Source of the DNA: Bdellovibrionota bacterium
Lineage (GTDB): Bacteria; Bdellovibrionota_C; UBA2361; JAAYZI01
NCBI GenBank assembly: GCA_050950765.1
Contig: JBMNIF010000002.1
Coordinates: forward strand, 640,001-704,000
Direction: 5' to 3'
DNA length: 64,000 nucleotides
The position numbers were made by a program, and so were the translations under genes. This document shows positions 21,268 through 31,415 of the stretch, piece by piece (positions within the stretch are counted from its first letter, which is position 1; each line of letters begins with the position of its first letter). The notes under the pieces are model-generated. The model searched no databases. It was not told the origin of the DNA and saw only the letters and a list, made by a program, of their open reading frames with translations.

Positions 21268-21361
21268 CAGTTCAGGGGAAACGCTTTACCTGATATCTGC
21301 CGGATCGGTTAAAAGGTTCTCTAGTAAGTTTAGGGGCGACATTTTATCTGATATTTGTAAT

Positions 21362-21985
21362 ATGCAACTTGGACAAAATAAAAATAATAATAAGAAAAAA
21401 GATCTGCACGAGCGCGCTTTTGAAAAGGTAGATCCTGCTAAGGAGTTAAAAAAGCTGATGCAGTTATTGGATGAATTAAAGATCCAATATGAGCAGTATT
21501 TTCTCGGAATAGTTTCTTTTCCCCCTGATAAATTACATCGCGAAGTGCGGATGCAGATTAGACATGTTAGGAAAGCACCGTTTAAAAAACCGCATCACCG
21601 TTATCGTTTGAGAATGTTGGAGTATCATTACAACACCTACAACGATTATTGGCAGCGGGTCTTGCGTAAAAAAGAGAACGGCACCTATGAAAAAGATATC
21701 TTTAAAGCAAATTTAAAAGAAAGGATTAAGAACGAAGAAAAAGAGGCTTTAACTAAAAAGGGCAAAGCTTCAAAAGCGATGATGAATCTTTTTCAGAGCT
21801 ATAAGCAGGCTTTAGAGAAGGAAACTGGCAAGAAATATAATATAGATTTCGATGCTTTTCAGAAAACATTAGTTGCGCGCGCTCGTGCGCAACAAAATGC
21901 TAGTAAGAAAGAGGGAAAGCTATCGTTTAAAGTCGTTGTAAAAGATGGAAGGGTGCTAGTTAAGGCAACTTTAAAGGATAGTTGA
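21362..21985 (+). CDS. MXAN_5187 C-terminal-domain-like protein
   Basis: LKIQYEQYFLG..PP N-region and C-terminal FKVVVKDGRVLVKA as recalled for this myxobacterial family. Confidence 0.65.
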   Translation: MQLGQNKNNNKKKDLHERAFEKVDPAKELKKLMQLLDELKIQYEQYFLGIVSFPPDKLHREVRMQIRHVRKAPFKKPHHRYRLRMLEYHYNTYNDYWQRVLRKKENGTYEKDIFKANLKERIKNEEKEALTKKGKASKAMMNLFQSYKQALEKETGKKYNIDFDAFQKTLVARARAQQNASKKEGKLSFKVVVKDGRVLVKATLKDS

Positions 21986-22280
21986 TAATGTAAAGCGTGC
22001 TCCTGATACCCTCCCTACAATAAAAGGTTTAGAGTCACCTCTTCAAAAAGGGGGGGAGCACCGAAAGATCCTTAATCTTAGAATTATTTAACTCCTCTCT
22101 ATTCTAATAATCTAATAAGAAAAAATTTCCTATCGAAAAATCGTGCCCAAGTGGCGGTGTTTTATACAAAGATTATATTAAGTAAGATAAAAATCGGTAC
22201 GTAAGGAGCTTGTCTATCTTAAGTTCATAATTTAGATTGAAGCAGCTTTTTTTAAAGATAATTTTTTTGGATTTTCTCTT

Positions 22281-23531
22281 ATGAATAAGATTAAAACAGG
22301 TGGTGCTATCGTTGAAATGGATGGCGATGAGATGGCGGGTGTTGTTTGGCGCATGATAAAAGAACGTCTTATCTCGCCTTACCTTGATGTGCCTATTAAG
22401 TATTTCGATCTCTCCATTCAAAATAGAGATGCTACTGATGATGCTGTTACCGTAGAAGCAGCTCATGCTGTGCTTCAAAACAGAGTTGGTGTTAAGTGCG
22501 CCACCATCACACCGGACTTAGCACGTGTAAAAGAGTTTAGTTTAAAAAAGATGTGGAAATCGCCGAACGGTACCATCAGAAATATTATCGGTGGTACTGT
22601 TTTTAGAGAGCCGATAGTTTGTAAAAACATACCCCGTTTAGTTCCGCATTGGACAAAACCGATCGTGATCGCTAGACACGCCTTTGGAGATCAGTACCGC
22701 GCAACGGGGATGGAGATAACGAGGCCAGGACAAGTTGCCTTACAATTTACCCCTGATGACGGTACAGAGGCGCAAAAAAAAGAGGTCTTTAACTTTACCT
22801 CTAGTGGTGTCGTATTAGGGATGTATAACACTGATGCGTCGATTACTGAGTTCGCCATAAGTTGCTTTAATTACGCTTTACAACGTAGATACAACCTCTA
22901 TTTTTCAACAAAAAATACGATATTGCAGATCTATGACGGACGCTTCAAGGATATCTTCCAAGCGCTCTACGAAGAACGGTTTAAAAAACTTTTTGAGGAA
23001 AACGGCTTACGGTATGAGCACCGCCTGATCGATGATATGGTTGCTTTCGCTTTAAAAAGCGATGGTGGCTACCTCTGGGCGTGTAAAAATTACGATGGTG
23101 ATGTGCAATCAGATTCTGTGGCGCAGGGATTCGGTTCTCTAGGGCTGATGACATCTGTGTTATTAAACGGTGATGGTAGTGTTATGGAAGCAGAAGCTGC
23201 GCACGGAACAGTTACACGTCATTATAGATTACATCAAAAAGGGCTTGAAACCTCAACTAACCCGATCGCCTCAATCTATGCTTGGAGTAGAGGTTTAAAG
23301 AAACGGGGTGAGATAGATGAGAATAATCGTCTTGTGCAATTTGCCGAAGCTTTGGAGAAAAGCTGCATTGAAACGGTTGAAGCAGGGCTTATGACAAAAG
23401 ACTTAGCGTTGTGCTTACACGGTCCTGAGGTGAAACGTGAACAGTATCTCTCAACCGAAGAGTTTTTATCAGCGATAGCTGATAAACTCGCTATGCAAAA
23501 AATCGATGGTTTATTTCTAAAGGATCTATAA
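22281..23531 (+). CDS. icd: NADP-dependent isocitrate dehydrogenase (eukaryote-like type II)
   Basis: [47 protein letters not shown]. Confidence 0.97.
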   Translation: MNKIKTGGAIVEMDGDEMAGVVWRMIKERLISPYLDVPIKYFDLSIQNRDATDDAVTVEAAHAVLQNRVGVKCATITPDLARVKEFSLKKMWKSPNGTIRNIIGGTVFREPIVCKNIPRLVPHWTKPIVIARHAFGDQYRATGMEITRPGQVALQFTPDDGTEAQKKEVFNFTSSGVVLGMYNTDASITEFAISCFNYALQRRYNLYFSTKNTILQIYDGRFKDIFQALYEERFKKLFEENGLRYEHRLIDDMVAFALKSDGGYLWACKNYDGDVQSDSVAQGFGSLGLMTSVLLNGDGSVMEAEAAHGTVTRHYRLHQKGLETSTNPIASIYAWSRGLKKRGEIDENNRLVQFAEALEKSCIETVEAGLMTKDLALCLHGPEVKREQYLSTEEFLSAIADKLAMQKIDGLFLKDL

Positions 23532-24511
23532 TGGCATTTCCAACTACTCGTCTACGTCGTTTACGCCGTTCAGCAGAGCTGCGTGATTTAGTTCGTGAAA
23601 CAAACTTTGATGTTAAAGACTTAATAGCTCCGCTCTTTGTGGTGTGTGGTGAAAATAAAAAAGAAGAGATCTCTTCACTACCTAAGCAGTATCACTTCAG
23701 TGTCGACACCTTGTTGGAGGAGGTCTCCCGCTTAAAAAAATTAGGAGTAACGGCGTGTTTACTCTTCGGCGTGCCGGAGTATAAAGATGAAACAGGGAGT
23801 GCAGCTTGTAAAGATGATGGTGTAGTGCAGTGTGCGGTACGAGCTATTAAAAAGCACCTTCCGCAGATGTTGGTTATCACGGACCTCTGTTTTTGTGAGT
23901 ACACCTCTCACGGGCATTGTGGAATTTTGTGTGGTACAGAGTTGGATAACGATCGAACCCTTGAGATTATCGCTGCGCAGGCGTTATCACACGCTAGAGC
24001 AGGTGCTGATATTATAGCACCCAGTGGGATGATTGATGGTGCGGTGCAGTGCATTAGAAAAGCGCTTGATGGGGCGGGGTTTCAGAGTGTGGCGATTATG
24101 TCTTATGCCGCTAAATTCAGCTCCTCTTTTTATGGCCCCTTTAGAGAGGCCGCACAAAGTGCCCCATCTTTTGGGGATAGAAAAGGGTATCAGATGGATC
24201 CCGCTAATGTCTTGGAAGCTCTTAGGGAGGTTGAGTTAGATATTTTAGAAGGGGCGGATATCGTAATGGTAAAGCCTGCTTTGTCGTATTTAGATGTTTT
24301 GTATCGAGTAAAGGAACGGTTTCAAGTTCCGACAGCAGCGTATCAAGTAAGTGGTGAGTACGCCATGATTAAAGCTGCTGCAGCAAGGGGCTGGATTGAT
24401 GAAATGAAGATCGTACAAGAAACCCTTCTCTCAATTAAACGTGCTGGTGCCGATATGATCATAACCTATTTTGCAGGAGAGGTAGCTGAAGAGTTAGCGG
24501 TATTATCTTAG
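23531..24511 (+). CDS. hemB: porphobilinogen synthase
   Basis: DLCFCEYTSHGHCG Zn site, SSFYGPFREA, YQMDP, MVKPAL, AYQVSGEYAM; TAATG overlap with icd. Confidence 0.98.
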   Translation: MAFPTTRLRRLRRSAELRDLVRETNFDVKDLIAPLFVVCGENKKEEISSLPKQYHFSVDTLLEEVSRLKKLGVTACLLFGVPEYKDETGSAACKDDGVVQCAVRAIKKHLPQMLVITDLCFCEYTSHGHCGILCGTELDNDRTLEIIAAQALSHARAGADIIAPSGMIDGAVQCIRKALDGAGFQSVAIMSYAAKFSSSFYGPFREAAQSAPSFGDRKGYQMDPANVLEALREVELDILEGADIVMVKPALSYLDVLYRVKERFQVPTAAYQVSGEYAMIKAAAARGWIDEMKIVQETLLSIKRAGADMIITYFAGEVAEELAVLS

Positions 24512-24760
24512 GTTGTAAGATACGGCTAGGAGAAGAAAATCGGTTTAATGTATTGCGAGGGTATGAATAAAAAAATAGAGAGGAAAAAAGGTTATAAGGT
24601 ACAGCTAGGAGAAGAGAATCGGTTTAATGTATTGCGAAGGTAAGGATAAAAAATAGAGAGAAAAAAAAGGTTATAAGGTACAGCTAGGAGAAGAGAATCG
24701 GTTTAGTACATCGTAATGGTATGGATAAAAAAATCGAGGGGGAAAAAAGGTTATAAGATG
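24511..24760. repeat. tandem repeat, 79-80 bp x3 (plus start of a 4th)
   Basis: GGTTRTAAG at 24511, 24590, 24669, 24749; GCTAGGAGAAGA at 24525, 24604, 24683; fills the whole gap between convergent stop codons. Confidence 0.92.
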
Positions 24761-25473
24761 CGAGCGGGGGTGCCGACCGCTGTTTTTCCAGCGGGAACGT
24801 CTTCTCTAACGAGAGAGTGTGCACCGATAATAGCGCCGTCTCCAATAGTAACGCCGTCTAGGATTGTAGCGCGTGTGCCGATCCAAACGTTTTTACCGAT
24901 AGTGACTCCACCTTTAAGATCCATCTCTTGTGCGATAAGTGGTTTTTCACTATCACCCGTTTTGTGATTACCAGGTCCGATATAGACATAAGCGGCAATT
25001 AGGGTGCTTTCTCCGATCTCTATCTTTGATTGTGTTGCAATGCGACAATTTGTGCCGATATTTACCCCGTTTGAAACGGTAATTTTTGAATTTTTGGCAA
25101 CTATGGCGGAGCTACGTCCGAGGCTAACATAATCACCAAAGGTGATAGCGGCATCTTTTCCACGTGCATCTAGAACTGCATAATCATCAATCATACATTT
25201 AGTACCGAGAGAAATTTTGGAGGTGCCTCTAAGAACTAGACCTCTTCCAAAAGGTGTTCCGTGTCCACACGTTGAAAAAAGTTTGGGGTATGTTAAAGCA
25301 CGTGCAGCAAGCCCCAGAGCACCGCATAAGTTAGAGCATAAAAGTTGTGTCAATTCATAATAGGCAAAGTAAAAAAAAGAGCTATCTCCTACGGCTAACT
25401 CTTTATAGCGCGCCAAGGGGGAGCTTTTATCATCAGTTAAGTATGCTTGTTGCGGTGTGATAGCAGGCTTCAT
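24751..25473 (-). CDS. hexapeptide-repeat (LbH) acyltransferase
   Basis: IGKNVWIG, ILDGVTIGDGAIIGAHSLV, VGTPAR. Confidence 0.88.
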   Translation of the reverse strand: MKPAITPQQAYLTDDKSSPLARYKELAVGDSSFFYFAYYELTQLLCSNLCGALGLAARALTYPKLFSTCGHGTPFGRGLVLRGTSKISLGTKCMIDDYAVLDARGKDAAITFGDYVSLGRSSAIVAKNSKITVSNGVNIGTNCRIATQSKIEIGESTLIAAYVYIGPGNHKTGDSEKPLIAQEMDLKGGVTIGKNVWIGTRATILDGVTIGDGAIIGAHSLVREDVPAGKTAVGTPARIL

Positions 25474-25523
25474 AAAAATATATCTATATAATTGAGAGCT
25501 TCATTACAAGGAATAAAAAAATA

Positions 25524-25554
25524 AAAAGCAGACATCTAAAAGATGTCTGCTTTT
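25524..25554 (-). terminator. intrinsic terminator
   Basis: Perfect inverted repeat AAAAGCAGACATCT-AAA-AGATGTCTGCTTTT downstream of the SPFH gene. Confidence 0.8.
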
Positions 25555-25574
25555 CGTTTAAAAACGGTGCGATT

Positions 25575-26504
25575 TTATTGTTTTACGCACTGTTTTTTCT
25601 GTAATAACCCTTTTGCCATCGTAATCATGGAGCCAACATCTGCTACATCAGCTGAAAGGACCATAGTGTTGCTATTTTGAGCAAGTTTACCAAATTCTCC
25701 GATATACTGTTCAGCGATACGTAGGTTCATAGCATCTGTGCCACCATCAAGATTTAGTGATTCTGCTACTCTTGCAATACCCTCCGCTGTGGCGTTGGCA
25801 ACGGCGAGAATAGCAGCGGCTTGTCCTTCTGCTTCGTTAATCTGTTGCATCTTTTTAGCCTCACTTTCTTTAACTATGCGTTGCTTTGCACCTTCAGCAC
25901 GATTTATTTCAGAATCTCTCAACCCTTCTGATTCAAGAATAACAGCTCTTTTTTCACGCTCGGCACGCATCTGTTTTTCCATCGCAGCCAAAACATCAGC
26001 TGGTGGTGTGATATCTTTTATCTCATAACGGAGCACCTTTACCCCCCACGGCATAGCAGCTTTATCAGTTTCTGTAACTACGGCATGATTAACGGCAGCG
26101 CGCTCTTCAAAAGTTCTATCAAGTTCGATCTTGCCGATCTCGCTCCTTAATGTTGTTTGTGCCAATTGAGTTATAGCGTAAGCGTAGTTCGAGATACCGT
26201 AAGAGGCTTTAGCAGCATCAAGGACTTGAAGATAGATCACACCGTCTATTTCAACTTGTACATTGTCACGCGTGATACAGATCTGACGTGGAATATCAAA
26301 GGCGTGCTCTTTAAGAGAGTGCTTATAAGCAACAACGTCAAAGAACGGGAATAGGAAGTGAAAACCAGCATTTAATGTTTTACTGTATTTTCCGAGACGT
26401 TGCACAACGTAAGCTTCCTGTTGCGGAACAACAACAGCTATTTTAATAGCGATAATAACTACAAGAAGCACGAGGACTATGGTTAAGATGGCAGCTATGT
26501 TCAT
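25575..26504 (-). CDS. SPFH/stomatin (paraslipin, QmcA-like) protein
   Basis: VVQRLGKY, ITRDNV, LAQTTLRSEIG, WGVKVLRYEIKDI, MEKQMRAEREKRA. Confidence 0.94.
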   Translation of the reverse strand: MNIAAILTIVLVLLVVIIAIKIAVVVPQQEAYVVQRLGKYSKTLNAGFHFLFPFFDVVAYKHSLKEHAFDIPRQICITRDNVQVEIDGVIYLQVLDAAKASYGISNYAYAITQLAQTTLRSEIGKIELDRTFEERAAVNHAVVTETDKAAMPWGVKVLRYEIKDITPPADVLAAMEKQMRAEREKRAVILESEGLRDSEINRAEGAKQRIVKESEAKKMQQINEAEGQAAAILAVANATAEGIARVAESLNLDGGTDAMNLRIAEQYIGEFGKLAQNSNTMVLSADVADVGSMITMAKGLLQKKQCVKQ

Positions 26505-26581
26505 AAGACACCTCTTTAATTTTACTTTTCGTTAAACTTTACATCACGACGTTTTTTACAAAAAAACTAATAAAAAAACTA

Positions 26582-27016
26582 TTATCTTACTATTAAGAGG
26601 ATGCCATCCTTAGCGCTAACTGAATGCACACTCCCTTTTTGTAAAACTTCCTTAGATTCATTTTTTACAGACCAAACAGTGCCCCTTGTTTCAGCCTGTC
26701 CAATCTCTCCTACGGGGATATCTTCTGTAATTTTAATGTTGTCACCTATTAAATCTTCCGGCATCTCTTCTGCTGAAGTATGGAGTTTGTTTAAAACTTT
26801 TTTTCGTAAAAAGCACATCAGAACGATTGTGAAAACAGCAAAAGATGCCCACTGCATCCAAGGCTCTAGAGGTGTCATCAATAAATCAAAGAAGCTAACG
26901 AGTGTTCCAACAAGAAGCGCTGCCAGACCGAGAAAGAAAAGGTAAAAATCCGTTGCGATTAATGCCTCAGCGATTAGTAATACAAGACCAACAAATATCC
27001 ACATCCACCAGAGCAT
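26582..27016 (-). CDS. NfeD-family (YbbJ-like) membrane protein
   Basis: WWMWIFVGLVLLIAE, TM helices and an OB-fold tail (RGTVW); canonical SPFH partner. Confidence 0.9.
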   Translation of the reverse strand: MLWWMWIFVGLVLLIAEALIATDFYLFFLGLAALLVGTLVSFFDLLMTPLEPWMQWASFAVFTIVLMCFLRKKVLNKLHTSAEEMPEDLIGDNIKITEDIPVGEIGQAETRGTVWSVKNESKEVLQKGSVHSVSAKDGILLIVR

Positions 27017-27169
27017 AGCTATTCCTTTGTATCTTTAAATAATGTTTTTCTAAATACTAAGAACCTCCCTATCTGATCACTAAGATCAATATCCTAGCAG
27101 ATGCTTAAAAAAGCTCCAAGTGAAAATAAGAGCACTTCAAGCGTTAAAAAGTATTTTTAAGTAGCGGCG

Positions 27170-28186
27170 TTATTTTGTAAAATTGGTGCCAAAGGGGTGT
27201 GAAGAGTCTTTTAAAAGGAGGTCAAGTAAGAGGTTGTGCCGCACCCTGCCATCAATAACGGAAACTGCGCCAATGCCGTATTCTAAGGCATCTAAAACCC
27301 CTTCAAGTTTCGGTAAGATCTGTTCGCTCAGCTCTCCGCTCTTTAACATACTGGAAACTTGTGCGGGGGTGAGGTTTGAGCAGAGCTTACAGGAAGCGTC
27401 TAAGATCCCTTCTGCTTCCGTCAGGTATATCAATCTCTCCGCATTGATTTTTGCACCTAAGGTAGCTGCGGCATCATCAGCGTTACAGTTGTAAATTTTA
27501 TGATCACCTCCTAATGAAGAGCTTCCAACAACGGGAATCCCCCCTGCATTTAATACTTCAATAATCGCTTCAATCTTAGCATCCGTTACCTTTCCTACAT
27601 ATTGCAGGTCTGCCTTAGATCCATCAGGTAAAAAAACTTCTCGGGCTTTGCACCTAAAGACATCACTTCCCCTAAAGGATTGCGCTATTACAGTAGTGTT
27701 AATGTTTTTAGCGAGTGTTGTGATAGCGTTAGCAATTTCGTTACTCACTTCCAGTAAAACTTGATCAACAAGTTTGGCAGTGTGCTCATCTGTTACCCTA
27801 TAACCTGCAATCTTTACAGGGTTTGAAACTCCTGTCTTGCGGTTTATGGCCTTACCGCCTCCGTTAACTATAACGGGAAAAAGCCCTGCCATCTTTAAAA
27901 GTAGCACATCGATAGCTAAAGATCGTACGGCGAGAGGGGTGTCTGTTAAGCTACCCCCCATCTTTATCACAATACGTTGTCCTGCATACTTTTGAAGCTT
28001 ACACATAATAAGCATAAAATTATCTATCGCCAGTTGCGCAGAGTGGAGTTGTGGAGAGTTGGCATCTCCTAACTCATTTATTCCCTTAAATATCTCGGAA
28101 AAAATAAGCTCCATCTCGTGTTGCTTCAAAAATAAATGGCACTGAAAATCTGTCATCTTCAAGCTCCTCTTTTTTATACTTTTCAA
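27170..28186 (-). CDS. argB: acetylglutamate kinase (divergent; start uncertain)
   Basis: IVIKMGG, VNGGG, GYRVTD, YVGKV, YNCNAD, LPK, IDGR. Confidence 0.8.
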   Translation of the reverse strand: MKSIKKRSLKMTDFQCHLFLKQHEMELIFSEIFKGINELGDANSPQLHSAQLAIDNFMLIMCKLQKYAGQRIVIKMGGSLTDTPLAVRSLAIDVLLLKMAGLFPVIVNGGGKAINRKTGVSNPVKIAGYRVTDEHTAKLVDQVLLEVSNEIANAITTLAKNINTTVIAQSFRGSDVFRCKAREVFLPDGSKADLQYVGKVTDAKIEAIIEVLNAGGIPVVGSSSLGGDHKIYNCNADDAAATLGAKINAERLIYLTEAEGILDASCKLCSNLTPAQVSSMLKSGELSEQILPKLEGVLDALEYGIGAVSVIDGRVRHNLLLDLLLKDSSHPFGTNFTK

Positions 28187-28272
28187 AATAGTATCATCTC
28201 GGTAAGTTAGTGTGCAGTGCGCAATAAACGCTTTTTACATTATAAAAATAAACAGATTATTGGAACAAACCT

Positions 28273-28974
28273 ATGAATACAAGATTTCTTTTACCTCTTC
28301 TTCTCTTATTATCTTTAAGTGCCTGCTCTACCACATTACCCGATTATTCGGTATCTTTTCGTAATGCCGAAACAATACGAAGTTCCGGCGATCACCTTGT
28401 TCCTATAAAGCTTCAACCGTTCGCCGATACAACAACGTGGGCTGAAAAGGTGAAGTGCTCCGAGAACTTTATTATAAAACTTCCGACAGAGACGTTAGGC
28501 GATTACCTCTATGATGCTATAAAGCAAGAGCTTGTTTTAGCTAAGTTGTATGATGAAACATCAGATCGCACCTTAAGCGCTACTATCGTTAGAGCTGATT
28601 TTGAAACGGATGTTCCGATACGTTTTCCCCTCTCTACAATAAACGGCGGCTGGTGGAACTTTAGTGCGATCTTTACTACGACACAGGGGAGGAGTTTTCA
28701 AGTTTCCGATCGAGATGCCTTTAGAGTGCGTGGAAAGGCTGATATCTCAACGCAAGATGATCTATGCCAAGCGGCATTAGACGCATTTGTGCCCGCACTG
28801 CAGAAGTTCCTTAATGCCGTTTATAACGATCCGGAGTTTCTGTTGTTAATCGGTGCGCCCGTTAAGATTGTGGAGAGTAAGCCGAAAGAGGTAGTCCCCA
28901 CTAAAAAACCTTCTTCCATAAAAGGGAAAAAAACAGATACGGAGAAGATGTTGGATGAGATCTTAAATCGCTAA
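28273..28974 (+). CDS. putative lipoprotein
   Basis: Signal peptide with lipobox LSAC. Confidence 0.75.
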   Translation: MNTRFLLPLLLLLSLSACSTTLPDYSVSFRNAETIRSSGDHLVPIKLQPFADTTTWAEKVKCSENFIIKLPTETLGDYLYDAIKQELVLAKLYDETSDRTLSATIVRADFETDVPIRFPLSTINGGWWNFSAIFTTTQGRSFQVSDRDAFRVRGKADISTQDDLCQAALDAFVPALQKFLNAVYNDPEFLLLIGAPVKIVESKPKEVVPTKKPSSIKGKKTDTEKMLDEILNR

Positions 28975-29010
28975 GTTTAATCTAAACCTCTTTTAAAAAA
29001 GTTGCTTCGG

Positions 29011-29045
29011 AAAAAAGGCGTTCCGGCAGGGGGAGCGCCTTTTTT
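29011..29045. terminator. intrinsic terminator
   Basis: AAAAAAGGCGTTCC...GGAGCGCCTTTTTT. Confidence 0.75.
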
Positions 29046-29195
29046 AAGATTAATCACCCTCCTTCGTTCTTAATGCTTTACTTTTTTTGGGGAAAAGTGA
29101 TCTCTTTACGCCCTGCTAAGGTGTTGATAACAAAGGGAAAACCTTAATTAGCTGCAACATATTCCAACTAAATACAAAAAAATCCCCTCCTGAGG

Positions 29196-29222
29196 CAACG
29201 AGGGCTCTTAGCCGTCCGATAA
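29196..29222 (+). promoter_or_regulatory. putative sigma-28-like promoter
   Basis: CAAC-N15-TCCGATAA, followed by a 5'-UTR hairpin at about 29229-29275. Confidence 0.5.
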
Positions 29223-29308
29223 TGAGGGTATCTTTTCGCCTTTCTATGGTGAGATTCATTTAAAGGGAGAAGATATCAACTTTAATTTATTTTATGGAGA
29301 TTAAAACT

Positions 29309-29563
29309 ATGTTGGAAGTTCTAAATAATTCCAGTAGAGGCAACTTCTCTGCACTTGCAGAGTGTGCCAAAGATGCTGCAAATAAATTATCTAGTGCAGA
29401 AGCTAATTATATCAACGCTGTAAAAAGCGGAAATCAAGGAGAGATTGCGAAAGCTGATGGTGCTTATAAAGAGCGACAACTTGCTTTTGAGTCTATTTCT
29501 CAGATGATAAAAAATAAATTTGAAACGATGATGCGTCTTATACGCAATTTAGCTCTGAATTAG
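29309..29563 (+). CDS. small helical protein resembling T3SS needle/filament subunits (SctF/HrpA-like)
   Basis: 84 aa, no signal peptide, C-terminus FESISQMIKNKFETMMRLIRNL; SD GGAG before the ATG at 29309 (track start 29294). Confidence 0.5.
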   Translation: MLEVLNNSSRGNFSALAECAKDAANKLSSAEANYINAVKSGNQGEIAKADGAYKERQLAFESISQMIKNKFETMMRLIRNLALN

Positions 29564-29602
29564 GGTCTGTTAGGGTTTTATATTTTTTTTCGTCTATTAC
29601 GC

Positions 29603-29654
29603 AGTTTATGCTTTCTCTGAATCTTTTATAGATCAGAAAAGCATAAACTTTTTT
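29603..29654 (+). terminator. long hairpin terminator
   Basis: AGTTTATGCTTT..CTGA / TCAGAAAAGCATAAACT plus T-run. Confidence 0.75.
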
Positions 29655-29820
29655 CCTCACCGTATCTTTTTTACATAGAAGTTATAGGCTTCCTCTTTCT
29701 AGTTATAGACCTCCTACATATATAACCCTCTTTTTTCTCACTTATATCTTTTTACATAGAAGTTATGGGCTTTCTTTTTTGAATTATAGACCTTTACATA
29801 TATAACTCTCTTTTTTCTCC
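29649..29820. repeat. tandem duplication, ~81 bp x2
   Basis: ACATAGAAGTTAT at 29673 and 29754; TTATAGACCT and TACATATATAAC also repeated. Confidence 0.88.
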
Positions 29821-29918
29821 TTTCTACTCTTGCTCAAATTCAAAATTTCATTTAGCTCTATCTTATTGTATGTGCTATAAATTCTGTTCTCAGACCTCTT
29901 ATAGCAAAAGGAGAACTT

Positions 29919-30686
29919 ATGGAGATTATTATCAAACCTAAACCTGAAGAGGTTTGTAAATATGTGGCTCAAATTATATCTGAAACTATTAGAAAAAAGC
30001 CTGATGCTGTTTTAGCGTTAGCAGCAGGTTCAACCTTACTCGGTACATATAGGGAGTTGATAAGGCTCCATAGAGAGGATGGTTTGGATTTTTCCAAAGT
30101 TACTATCTTTGGAGTTGATGAGTATGTCGGTTTACCGAAAGAGCATCCGTGTAGTTATCACGCCATTATGCGCACCAGTTTTTATGACCATGTTAATTTA
30201 CGACCGAAAAATATTCACATCCCTGATGGAATGATAGAAAATATTGAGCAGCAATCAAAAGAGTACGAAGAAAAGATTAAAGAGTGCGGCGGTCTCGATA
30301 TCTGCGCTTTAGGTGTTAGTGAGGATGGACATATCGGCTTTAATGAGCCCTCCTCATCACTTGCTTCTAGAACTAGAATAAAGATGTTAACTGAAAAAAC
30401 GCGGTATGAACGTTCTAGATATTTTCCGGATGGTGATGTTCCGCGACACGTTATTACTATGGGAGTGGGAACTATTCTTGATAGTAAGCAAGTTATTATT
30501 GCAGCTTTTGGTACTCAAAAAGCTGCGGTTATCTCTAAGGTTGTAGAGGGACCGATCACTGCTATGGTTCCGGCGACGGCTCTGCAAAATCATCAATTCG
30601 TAAAAGTTGTTATTGATGAAGATGCTGCTAGATTATTACATATGAAAGATTATTATCGCTGGGCTTTTGAACAGAAGATAGAATAG
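29919..30686 (+). CDS. nagB: glucosamine-6-phosphate deaminase
   Basis: GST, DEYVGL, DGHIGFNEP, ITMGVGTI, EGPITAMVPATALQNH. Confidence 0.95.
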   Translation: MEIIIKPKPEEVCKYVAQIISETIRKKPDAVLALAAGSTLLGTYRELIRLHREDGLDFSKVTIFGVDEYVGLPKEHPCSYHAIMRTSFYDHVNLRPKNIHIPDGMIENIEQQSKEYEEKIKECGGLDICALGVSEDGHIGFNEPSSSLASRTRIKMLTEKTRYERSRYFPDGDVPRHVITMGVGTILDSKQVIIAAFGTQKAAVISKVVEGPITAMVPATALQNHQFVKVVIDEDAARLLHMKDYYRWAFEQKIE

Positions 30687-30746
30687 AAGCGACTCTATCT
30701 TTATAAATTTTGACCTGTTTTTTTTAGAATTTTATTAGAGCTGCTT

Positions 30747-31196
30747 ATGAGCTTTATTCCTGATGATCTCTATCAGAAGATCCTTGAAAATGTGCCTATC
30801 GCCTGTGTTGATATCGCCATTGTAGCGAATGGTGCGGTGCTATTGGTGCAACGTAAAGATGCTCCGGCACGTGGTGAGTGGTGGGTCCCAGGGGGACGAG
30901 TCTTAAAAGGGGAGATGTTGCGAGAAACTGCTTTAAGAAAAGCAAAAGAAGAGGTCGGCATTCAGTGTCATATCGGTCCGATTGTACATACTGCAGAAAC
31001 CATCTTTCCTGATGGTCCCTACGGTGTTGCTGTACACAGTGTTAATACCTGCTTTTTATTATACCCACACGCTAACGAAACTTTACCCGCTTTAGATGAT
31101 CACCACAGTGATTTTAAATGGGTTAGTACCGTTCCTTCCGATCTGCATGAATATGTAAAAAAGTGTTTAGTAGGTGCAGGCTTGCAGGATACTTAA
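30747..31196 (+). CDS. Nudix hydrolase (GDP-mannose mannosyl hydrolase-like)
   Basis: PIACVD, PARGEWWVPGGRVLKGE...RKAKEEVG, LDDHH. Confidence 0.85.
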   Translation: MSFIPDDLYQKILENVPIACVDIAIVANGAVLLVQRKDAPARGEWWVPGGRVLKGEMLRETALRKAKEEVGIQCHIGPIVHTAETIFPDGPYGVAVHSVNTCFLLYPHANETLPALDDHHSDFKWVSTVPSDLHEYVKKCLVGAGLQDT

Positions 31197-31250
31197 GAAG
31201 TACCGATTTTAAACATCTTTTTCTAAAGGCTCTCTTTTTAATATTTTTCT

Positions 31251-31415
31251 AAGAGTTCGGAGATTTTTTTTGTAAAGGGAGATCTGCTTTTATTTGGAGA
31301 GGAAAAAGAGTAATAACAGAACATCTGTGTTTAAGAGAGTTCGGAGGTTTTTGTAAAAGGACAGATGTTTTTATTCTAAGAGGAAAAAAATTAGCGGCAG
31401 AGCATCTGTGTTTGA
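31251..31415. repeat. degenerate tandem duplication, 81-84 bp x2, overlapping the rsmE 3' end
   Basis: GAGTTCGGAG at 31253/31337; CATCTGTGTTT at 31322/31403. Confidence 0.8.

Noticed and set aside
24511..24760. Possible CRISPR array
   Set aside because: The whole 79-bp unit is repeated; no unique spacers
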